Notes under the pieces: generated by a model
Database searches by the model: none
Told to the model about the DNA's origin: nothing
The model's input: the letters and a program-made list of their open reading frames with translations, nothing else
Virus record (IMG/VR): IMGVR_UViG_3300021387_000682
Coordinates: 1-64,000 of that record
From: a virus
Lineage: Duplodnaviria; Caudoviricetes
Direction: 5' to 3' (one strand)
Length of the DNA stretch: 64,000 bases
In this document: positions 16,111 to 26,700 of the stretch, piece after piece
How the letters are laid out: each line of letters starts with the position of its first letter
How positions within the stretch are numbered: position 1 is the first letter of the stretch
Translations under genes and position numbers: made by a program

Positions 16111-16504
16111 CACAATAAAGAGAGTCCTAGTGGCTCTCTTTTTTATTTGCATGCTTTCACCAGTATATAGCAAAAACTACAAAATACAGGCTAAATACTT
16201 CTGTATGAGGAACAATGAGACAGAAGTGTACACCAAGTGGGTACCATCTGAGATAACTGGATTCATATCATCAGATGATAAGACTATAGTCCTATACTCA
16301 AAGGATATACAAGTGTACTACATATATGATATCAATGAGGATAGGGCAGATGGTACATACTTCCTGTGTACAGATAAGAATGGCGTTAGAATGAGAGTTA
16401 GATTTCAGTACGACATTTATAAGAACTGCAATGGACTTACACATCTCTACGTAGATTACGATGATTACACGTGGGGATACTTAGTTGAGATAACAAAAAG
16501 ATGA
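16094..16504 (+). CDS. secreted or periplasmic hypothetical protein
   Basis: Signal-peptide-like KRVLVALFFICMLSPVYS, followed by a beta-rich body. Confidence 0.75.
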   Translation: MISLNNTIKRVLVALFFICMLSPVYSKNYKIQAKYFCMRNNETEVYTKWVPSEITGFISSDDKTIVLYSKDIQVYYIYDINEDRADGTYFLCTDKNGVRMRVRFQYDIYKNCNGLTHLYVDYDDYTWGYLVEITKR

Positions 16505-16509
16505 TATTA

Positions 16510-16541
16510 TTTGCATATCTTAAAAATATGTAGTATCTTTG
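16510..16541 (+). promoter_or_regulatory. Bacteroidota primary-sigma promoter
   Basis: TTTG (16510-13), N20, TATCTTTG (16534-41); same geometry as the promoter at 13748. Confidence 0.75.
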
Positions 16542-16549
16542 CATAGAAA

Positions 16550-16690
16550 ATGAAAACAGCACTAACACTACTAGGTATAGTAGGATTCAATGTATTATTT
16601 TATTTAGTATTAACAGTAATAGTATTAGTATATGAAGAGCGAAAATTTGGTACCAAGAGAGGTGCCAGCAACCAAATATCAGATAGATAG
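16550..16690 (+). CDS. 46-aa single-pass membrane peptide (MKTALTLLGIVGFNVLFYLVLTVIVLVYEERK...)
   Basis: Translated by hand; first ATG after the promoter; TM helix followed by a basic tail. Confidence 0.55.
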   Translation: MKTALTLLGIVGFNVLFYLVLTVIVLVYEERKFGTKRGASNQISDR

Positions 16691-16889
16691 AGCAGGCCTT
16701 ATAGGTAAGGAAATAGCCCTGTATAAGGATGGTAAGCTTGTTGTAAAGGATAAGCTTATAATGGTATCAGCTCCAGAGCATTCTCCTGGTGTGGTAGGCC
16801 TGTATTTTGATGAAATGCCTACTGCTACAATAGATAGAAGTGGAGTGTTCACAATCAAGTATATGGCTAGAACCAGAACAGCCTCATAG
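16632..16889 (+). CDS. hypothetical protein
   Basis: 85-aa ORF. Confidence 0.6.
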   Translation: MKSENLVPREVPATKYQIDRAGLIGKEIALYKDGKLVVKDKLIMVSAPEHSPGVVGLYFDEMPTATIDRSGVFTIKYMARTRTAS

Positions 16890-16946
16890 AGGCCCCAAAT
16901 TTGCGATTTAAGACACTTTAGTATTAACAATGATAAATCTTACAGT

Positions 16947-17246
16947 ATGAATGATATAGCGGCTTATATAGACGAAAACAAGGCTTTTATAGCAGACGAT
17001 AGATGTGCTATAATAATGCAAGATGGGTCAAACGGTGTAATGGTTGTGCTAAATAGAGAAACAGGTGCATTGCATACACCAGCAACTGTGTTTTTTGATT
17101 GTATTCGTGATGGTGAGCCTATATTTGATATGGCTTTAACAGATGAATACAACAAGACATTATCAGACTGTGGGTTTGACGTATTCATGGCAGCAAATGC
17201 AGTTGGTAAGTTTAATAGATTTATGAGATATGCAACTGAATCTTAA
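16947..17246 (+). CDS. hypothetical protein
   Basis: 99-aa ORF overlapping the sigma-like gene start. Confidence 0.65.
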   Translation: MNDIAAYIDENKAFIADDRCAIIMQDGSNGVMVVLNRETGALHTPATVFFDCIRDGEPIFDMALTDEYNKTLSDCGFDVFMAANAVGKFNRFMRYATES

Positions 17247-17772
17247 TAAAAGATACGAGGAGCTATCAGAAGCAGAAAAGGTAGCCTTCTATCACAACGT
17301 GAAGAGGACTACCTTTAGGTATATCTGCAAGTTTGATGTGTATTCAGAGCTTGCGTATGAGGTTATAGATGATTCATATATGAAGGCTATACGTATAGCT
17401 AAGAAAGATGTGAATCTAAGGTCTTTAAGGTCATATATAGGCACTATATCATGGAGGGAGTTTAATCGCAGGAAGAAAAGCCGCGATACCAATACCCAGT
17501 ATTATGAGAGAGTAGAGCAGAAGTTTGATCTTATAGATGACCCATTTGAGGAATCAGTTCCAATGAGAGAATCTCTTAAGTATGCAATAAGAAAGCTTAC
17601 ATCACTGGAGAAGAGGCGACTTAGGGATATGGTTAAGACGGATGTTGATTATGATAAGCTAGAGAGTATATGGGGACTAAGTTATAATTCATGCAGACAA
17701 GTGGTATTTAAGATACGTAAGAAGCTGCAAAAAGATATGGATATATACAACAAAAAAGGGGAGGCCATTTAG
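17230..17772 (+). CDS. ECF/sigma70-like factor
   Basis: Region 2-like LAYEVIDDSYMKAIR...LRSYIGTISWREF; region 4 HTH AIRKLT...YDKLESIWGLSYNSCRQVVFKIRKKL. Confidence 0.7.
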   Translation: MQLNLNKRYEELSEAEKVAFYHNVKRTTFRYICKFDVYSELAYEVIDDSYMKAIRIAKKDVNLRSLRSYIGTISWREFNRRKKSRDTNTQYYERVEQKFDLIDDPFEESVPMRESLKYAIRKLTSLEKRRLRDMVKTDVDYDKLESIWGLSYNSCRQVVFKIRKKLQKDMDIYNKKGEAI

Positions 17773-17782
17773 GCTTCCCCTT
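17756..17782. terminator. bidirectional intrinsic terminator at the convergence of the two arms
   Basis: AAGGGGAGGCC-ATTTA-GGCTTCCCCTT hairpin, with an A-run on the left and a T-rich tail on the right. Confidence 0.75.
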
Positions 17783-17794
17783 ATTGTTTTACTA

Positions 17795-20700
17795 TTAATC
17801 ATCGTCTTCATCATCGACATAATTTTTACTAACGAAATCTCTTAACCATTTATATTGACCGTCGTTTATATTTATGCCAAGAAGATCCATCCATTTAACA
17901 GACTCTGTTTCATTGTCATCTTCATCATTATACCTTTCGTATCCACCATTTATAAGTGTATGCATCTTATCTGCAACCTTTTCGTCACTCTTCTTAAGAA
18001 GATACCTTAATTGGTCTGGGTGGCCTTCATATTTGTTTTTAAGCCCCTTAAGCGCAATCTCCTCGGAAACTCTAAGGCCATCGATTGTTAGGTCAGCCAT
18101 ATTTATGAAGAACTTGGTATCATATGGCTTCATTGCATCATTTAGAACCTCATAAGCCATCCTCTTTGCCTTAATCTTCATATAGTTAGAATCATCTTTA
18201 TCGTATAGACTTGGAGCTTCAAAATCATCATCAAAGTTCATGCTAGATTCTGTATAATATGAAGTAATACTATTGAGGTCGGTAGTCTTCTTAAATACTT
18301 CATTTGCTATTATAGCTTTACCAACTAGAGTTGGCTTACCATTCTTGATGTATTTATCTGGGTCTACTTCTGGATGAATACCGTCTTTATATGATATTCC
18401 GTTCAATGCAAGTAATCCTTGTGCAATAATTGGAACATCGTACTGGATGATATTTCTATCTATCTTACTGTCCCTGGCATCCTTTAATTGCAAGCCAGTT
18501 CTAATCTCATTCTCATATACTTCCTTTAGTCTTCCTCTTATCTGATTTATCTCATCCTTATTAACAACCATATCCTGTATGAACTGATAGAACAATCCAG
18601 CAGCACCACCATTACCAACCAGGTAGTGTATCTCGGATGCTCTATCGTTACCAGATATAAATATATCAGAGAATGGTACAAAGTTGTTGAAGAATATAGT
18701 TTCAGCCTTTAATGCATTCTTATACTCACCAGACTTATGTACACTAGGTTCTGCGTCGAAGCCAGCTTCATTCGCTAAGAATCTAGCGCCTTCTACAGAT
18801 TCCTGGAAGAATGCGTATGCAAGAAGGTCGAGATATGATACCTTATTGAATGTTGGTAATATACCAAGCATTGTAGTTGTATCAAAATGCTCTGACGCTG
18901 TCTTTATAGCCCATGCTTCAAGATACTTTCTCCACCATGTCTTTCTATCATCACCGTCAGGGTCCATAGCTCTAAGTAACAGAGCTGCACTTGATAATGC
19001 AGTGTACCATGCACCAAGCATAACCTGATATACGAATCCAAGTGTTGATTCACGATTTGCATAACGCAGGTATATATCTCTGGTATCCTCATCAAATGTA
19101 TTAAGTGCGGCATTACGTAGTGGGTTGTATATACCTAATGTAAGCATTCTTGATAAGCAACTACCCATAACGCCCATTACAAGCTTTTTATCTCTATAGT
19201 TGTATGAAGCACCAGTAAATGTATGACCCCACAACTGATAGAACTTAGGTAATATCCATGTTCTGAATATGAATACAGACTGCAATGATGGGTCTGTAAA
19301 TAACTTTCCTTGCTCATCTTGTGACACAGCACTCTTTGCAAATGCACTATATGCTCTAAGTATTTGTCCTATTCTACCAGCGTTCTTTTCGACAACCTCC
19401 TTATATTTTTTATCTATATCAGGGAATCCGTCATTCATTGTTATTACATCAGGTAAGCGCTTCAGCTGGCTAAACTTCATCAGCCTCATCGCATCCTCTT
19501 CAGACAACTTAGCCTTTATTGCTTCGTATTCGGTCTTCTGAACTATAGCAACCTTCTTTTCTCCATTATCTGTATATTCCAATATAGCGAAGTCAAACAT
19601 TCTTTCAAGTACAGCTGTGTTGTGTACTAATAATGTTCCTGGAAGGTTGAGGCCTTCATTAACGAAGTCGTTTATACCTGAGATTAATACGTTTGCAGCT
19701 CCACCAAGTGGTCCAGCCTTTACAATCCTATCAAACTTCTTGTTTTGACTAAGACCAAATATGTTAAACAAATAACCAACCTTTGACCTCTTAGCAAATC
19801 TATGATTGTCTGCAATCTGAGATGCCACATCAAGAGCCTGATACTTAGATGCTCTTATCTTATTAGAGTGAACATTTGGGTCAGCAATTTGCTTAGCTTG
19901 AACGTTCTCCACAACCTGAGCTGTATTGGTTCCTGACTGCAATGCCTTTGTTTTGATAAGACATGCAGACATCAATCTTGATACAGCTCTGATTATCTTA
20001 CCAGCTATCATTGCCTTTCTATTTGTTGTAGCAGATATAGTATATATACCAAACACAGCTGTGTCTATAATATCATTATATGCGGCTTCTGTTTGAGATC
20101 CAGAGTATGACCTATTTCTCTGACGTACAGCTTTATTAAGGTCATCTGAAACCTGTCTTGTTCTAGCAGATGTGGTTCTGCTAGGGTCAAGTGATGCGTT
20201 AGATTCTACGCCAGACTGTATCTGTGAAGAGCCAGAAGCTAATCCGCCCATTATTGACTCAGTGACATCCATTGCCTTTAGGTGCTCATCAAGTAAGAAT
20301 GTCTTATCAGAGTATTCTGTCATTGAATTCAATAGGTTTGTAGAGCACTGTCGCATATCCTCAAGTCGTCTAGACATTGGAGTAATAGCCCTCTTTAATA
20401 AGATACCAGACTGTGACTTAATTGAGAATCCCTCTTCCTTAATCTTAAGCGACAGATATTGTCCATTTGTGAGGTTCCTGTCAGCAACAGATAATGCATT
20501 TCCTAGCTTAGATACAGATGCAGCGAAGTTGGTCTCCTTGTATTCAACTTCCTTTATTGGTATCCTAAGTTTCGACTCAGTTGGATTTGGCATTCCATTC
20601 ATTATATCCAATTCCTCTTTCTTTGCTATCATTGCATTGTAGAAGTTGGCTACGTCTGGATTTGACATAAGCTCATCAAACTTAGGATTAATGAATCTGC

Positions 20701-23700
20701 TATCATCCTTATTTGGTCTTAATCCTCTTACAGATGGTGAATCATCCTCAGATGCTCTTACTATATACTCACTTGAATAACCAAAGCTATATAAATCCTC
20801 ATCACGGAATCCATCTACATCAATACGTCTTGCTATTGGGGCAACTGTAGATAAGGATGATTTATATCTCCTTACTCTAGCGTATCCGTAGTTTATTGTA
20901 TAGTAGAAGTCGTTTATCTTCTGATTGATGTTGTCTATATTACGTTTAGCATTTTCCTTTTCTTCGGCAGACGCCGTTAAGCTATTCTTTTTTGTTATAT
21001 TATCATCCCTCTCTCTTAACAGTTTATCCATCACAACTTTTGCGTGTGGTTTCAATACTGTTTCAGCTATAGAATCAAACTCTATCTCTCCATAATAGTC
21101 TTCTATTGAGACACTACCTGAAGGGTCTGTAGCCTTGACACCGAGAACGTCATTATCATACAGTTTTTTCATGGCATCCTTATCACCACCAACTGCTAAT
21201 TTAATAATCTCAGCAAGTGAATCGATATCTATATCAGCGTCATCAAGGCTTGAAATTTGCGTTTTAACGCCATTAACTGTATAAACGAGTCTTTTATTGA
21301 TATACGCAAGAGACCTAATATATGTCTCAACTATAGCCTTATTATCTCCTGTAGAGAAGAGGTCATTCATTGCATCTATACCAAGCTTCTTGTATTTCTT
21401 TCTAGTCTCACCAGTAGACTTTATTATGTTGTCATATGCAAGGTCTAATTCGTATTCAAGGTCATTTATCTCCTGAGTGACATACGTACCATCTGGTGAT
21501 AATGCTATTCTAGATAAGTTGGTTCTCTTTCTATTAATAGCAGCCCTACATATTCCTACGAGCATTCTGTCGTACTTGTCAGCAGCCCTATTGAATCCCT
21601 TATCCTTTCTGATGGTCTTAGAAAGAGCTCTATAGAATGAACCTTCTGTCTTCTTAAAGCGTCTAGCTGATGTCCATTTGTACAGCAAATCCATGGCCTC
21701 ATCGACGTATGATGATATTATATCACCAACCTTGTCGTCAACCTTATCCCCGGTAGCTAACAATGTAGTAGCTGCATCCTGGAGTCTAGTATCGAATACA
21801 GTCTTATCGCCATCAGTTAATGTTGGGTCTTTATCTATCTCTTCATGGATGATTTTACTGATTCTTTCCAACTCAGTATTAAAGTCCTCATTAAACTTAT
21901 CCTCATTGTATGCTGTTGGCTTCAGCTTAGCAAGCTTATCTCTTGTATCATTAAAGTTCTTTACATGCTCAAGTTCGTCGGGACTCTTTAGCGTACCATC
22001 TATATTATAGATTGACCCAAGTCTTCTTCTCGATTCGGCTATTGCATCGAGCTCCATCTTTTCCTCAGATGTTATTGCGCTACCATCCTTATGTGCTGAT
22101 AATATGATGCGCTCCTGCTCACGCAATGCATTTAATATGGCGTAGTTGTAATCGTCATAATCATTAAATGCTCTATCATGCTCCTCTGCATTCCTTAAAG
22201 CCTCTTCATCTGATATGTTTGCGTTTTCACCAACCTTATATATAGATAGGTCTATATCAACCATTCTATCACCAGAGAAGCCAATAGGTTTGCCATTTGA
22301 ATCATATTCAACCTTTGAGCCATGGAATTTCCACTGTGAAAATAATGTAGCAAACTCCTTCTTCTGCTGCAATGTGGTTATATCCTCCACGGACCCAATT
22401 GGGTATCCTACCTCATTCTTGTGTCTATTGTTTATGATTTCAAGAATGATATCATATGCCTTATCAATCTCCTTTTCAAATTCTCCAATCTTATACTTAG
22501 ATATGAAGTAGCCAGTTGGTACTCCATCATCGTCAAGTTCAACAAATTCCTTTGATGTTATACCAGCAGACTTATGTGCTTTATCAGCAAGTCTATCTAA
22601 GTCAAGCATGAATCGTCTAGATTTGATGGCAGCTCTAGATGCGGCTTCACCTATCTTATTCGCAGCAATCTGCAATGCCTGGTTCTTTGTTTCACTCCAG
22701 AATCCAGCATATCTATTTACAAAGGATATATCATCCTTAAAGTGATGTGCATATGCAACCAGAGATGCCCTTGCTGATGAACTTAAGTTGTGTTCATCTG
22801 CTACATTAGAATAAAACTTCTCAAGCATCTCTGTTCTTACAGAGTTAAACAAGCTAACAGCATCATCATTCTTTATGATCTTGCTAAAGATATTATCAAA
22901 GATAGCATTCACAAGTGTTCTTGCTGTATCCTTATCTTTTTTGCCAACAACTTCGCTTAGAACATTAAACAAGAACCCACCATTCTCTCTAAACAGATTC
23001 TTATTATCACCAATCATTTGTCTAAGGTCTTTAGACATCTCCTCCATGACAGCAATGTACTTATTATATAGCCTATTCATCTCAGCAAGATAATCGGCGA
23101 CACCATCAGATGTTTCTTGTGCTGCAGTATCGTTGCGATATTTACTCAAGAGACTTGTTAGGTCGTCCATGAAGTAATCGACCATATTGTTTATTGAGTT
23201 AGCTGTATTATCTATGGTGTCGAGCTCATTTATAGCAGATAAGTCGTTTGCTTTTCTTTGCATGTCAACAAGCGACCTACGTACCTCGAGGTTAAGGTTG
23301 TTTCCGATTGCTTTAAGCAGGTTGTTGACTTTAGTAGCTTCTGTCTTCCTGAATGACAGTATCTTAGCCATAGCCTCTCTGGCATTCTTGATAATGTCTA
23401 CATTCTTCTGACCAAGGAAGTTGTTTTCGGTTATTAAGGCAATCAATCCATCTCTAACTAGCAATCTCCTCTTACCAGGACCCCACTCTTCTGCGATTTT
23501 ACACATATCGTTCAGTGACAATCCGAACTTAAACCCAATCTCATTCATAACTATATTAAATGTAGTTATAGAGTCTGGATTATTTGTATTAAGTACAAAA
23601 TCCTTACCTACCTGAGACAAAACACCTAACTCCTCGAGTAACCCAACAATTGTTTTGCCCTTATCCTCTTTTTTAGGAGTGCCATATATTATATTATTAA

Positions 23701-26700
23701 GCCTAGTCTGTAGTTCTCTGTATGTGATTTTACTACCATCTGGCTTTGTGATTTCAGTCTTATCGAAGATACGACCATCATTCTTAAAGAACAGCTGAAC
23801 CTTGTTATCTAACTGAATGTAGTCAGAAACAAGCTGCTCCTTAATATTCTTATCTATGACTGAGTTCCATCTGCCTCTTAACTTATTATGAACTGAAACG
23901 AAGTCTCTGGACCCAAGTAATATCGAATACATTACAACATCACCATAGCCATTAAATCTTCTTTGTGGTCTTATTAAGTCCGCAACCCATGTGAGAATAT
24001 CACAAGCAAACCTCTTTAATCCAAATAAGCACCAAGCTACGAACTTAGATATAGGATTTTTTACTGCTAGTCTAATAGCCCTCACATTGGCTTTAGATGC
24101 TATCGACTCAAGCTTCCTACCGGTATATGCCCACAATGACTCTACGTCGTCCTTATACTTCTCTGCAAGGTTATTATATGATTCCAACGCAAAGTCTGCT
24201 AACACTTCATATGGGTCTCTATCTGGGTATTGCTTGCTTATAGCATCAATCATGGTCTTCATGCCAGCTATAGGAAGACCTGACTTCAGATAGAATATAA
24301 ACCTATCTCTACTTAAAGCAACTGGACTAGAGTCATTATTATTCCTAAGTATATCATCAGCAATCAATTTATCTGCACCCTCAAGCTGATCAAGAAGCTT
24401 CCTCTGCTCCGAATCAAGCTTTGTAACCTCTTCATCGGTAAGTGTTGCTCCTATAGAAAATTCGGTAGATACGGAACTAAGCTTAGCGTCAGATATTTCT
24501 CTACCAGAGATAGCTCCCTCAGCAAAATCCCTTATTGTAAGATTAACGAAGTCATCGAGTGTAAGCGACTTAAGCTCATCCTCTGTCCATACGCCAAGCG
24601 TTTTGCCTAACTCCTTCCAGAAGTCCAGTATCCATTGCTTGAGTTTTGATATTATATTGCTACTACCCTTCTCTGCGGCTATTGTCAAAAGCAAGGATTC
24701 TCCCTCCTTACCAACGAGTCTAGCGTGTACCTCAGATGCAATCAAATCGTCAAGCTCCTTACCGCTCTTACCTTCGGCAATCCATCTTTGACCGTATTCA
24801 GGGTGATTTAGATATTCATTCCACAGCCTCGTCTGCTTCATTAATTCAACACCACGGTTCCAGAGTGCTTCGTTCTTAGACCTTACAACCCTATCCCACA
24901 AGTGCGTATATTCGTGTATAGGATGCTCAGGTTTTATAACTCTTTCATCGAGATATATTTTACCATCTGTAGTTGCATATCCATAGACTTCACCATTTTT
25001 GGTCTTGAAGTATTCTGTATTGCCATTATCCGCAGGAGTACCAGCTGATGCTATATTTTCATTAGGAATGAATCTATTGTAATCCCATATATCTTTGAGT
25101 CTTGAATAATCCAATTTAGCCTTGAAGGTATCAAGCCAAGAGGATAACTGCAGCGGCTTCCCTGATAATGTTTTAGACATATACGACTGCCTACCAGTCT
25201 GATCCGAAAATACATCTACAGTCTTTCCTATAACTTCATTATTAGAGAACCCCTCGTGTCTGATTCCGTTGGCATCTTTTTTATTCTCATATGAATTTAC
25301 TACATTTCCATTGCCATCTACAATATCATACGATTCTATAATATTATTGCTTCCCTCAAGTATTAAATTGGCAATGCTATACCCCTCTGGAACAACCAGC
25401 CATGTATCTGTGCTATAGCTTTCTTCTTTATTCGATATCTGTCGTATATATATGGAATTAGGAAATACCTTCTCAAAGATCCTCTTATTATGTTCAGAGC
25501 TAAATGGGGAAGCCCAGTCTATATCATGTAATAGATTTTCGTTTGGTCTGAATACTGTTCCTTGCTCTGCTAATGCTACGCTTCCTGTAAGCACAAAATA
25601 GTCAGAAAGCTTTTCTACTATCTCATTACCAAACGAATCTGACTTTAGGGCTTTTTCAAGTGTAACTCGAGTAAGAGGCTTTCCTATGGATCCAGGTTTA
25701 TACATTGACTGCGTAACTAACGCTTCGTTTTGAAGCATAATGTTATCTACAATGTATCCAACATTCCTGTTTATACGATTAAGTTTAATCTTATAAAGAA
25801 AATCAAAGAATTGACGTATGAGGTTTCTTAGCTTCTCAACAAGAGTTTGCGGTATGTTTTCATTTGTTCTCTTATGTAATTCATTGGCTATCAAATCTCC
25901 AACAGCTTGTAACTGCTCTTCCTTTGACAACAGTCCCTTAAATAAGGAGTTTTTCCTCATGTCACTCATTATTTCAGTCACAAGAGGATTGTGTTGCATC
26001 ATAAAAGCAATAACAGTACCAGCCTCTTCAGGGAAGTTCTCTTGTTTGTTTTGATTTATGTATGCAATTTTATTTAAGATCTGTATTGTTGAGTATCCAT
26101 CTATTCCTAACTTCTCAAGATCATTTGTTATTTGAGTGCTAAAACCAAACTTTGACAAATACTTTACAAGTATCTTATTTACTTCCGTGTTTAACTTATC
26201 GTATATCTCTGGGTTATTTATTCTGTCCTCTGAGTCTATTTTAACCTTATTGCTTTTTGAGTTTGATATAATTTGATCAATAACCTCATGCATCTCCTTA
26301 TCTGTGAGGGTACCAGACTTAAATTTCTTTACATAGTTATAAGCATTTTTATCATATATGCCTAGCTCCTTAAGGGTATTGAACAATCCGGTATAATCTT
26401 TAGAAAGGTATTGTGCCTTAAGTTTCTGTAATGTCTTATATTGGTTATAGAATCTATCATAAGCTTCAACCTCATCTGCTGTTATTTTGCTTACCTTCTT
26501 TCCGAATACTCGCTCTGCAAGTTTTTCATTTGAAAAGTAAAGGTGTTTCACCATCTCTTCTCCCCTGAAATTATATGGTTTATCTACTTGTAACTCATAT
26601 AATCCCTTCTTCCTAAGCATCCCTCCGATATCTTCAGGAACAGAAGCCATAAATGGTACACTATCGAGTAATACATCAAGAGATTCGTACAGCTTTCTTA

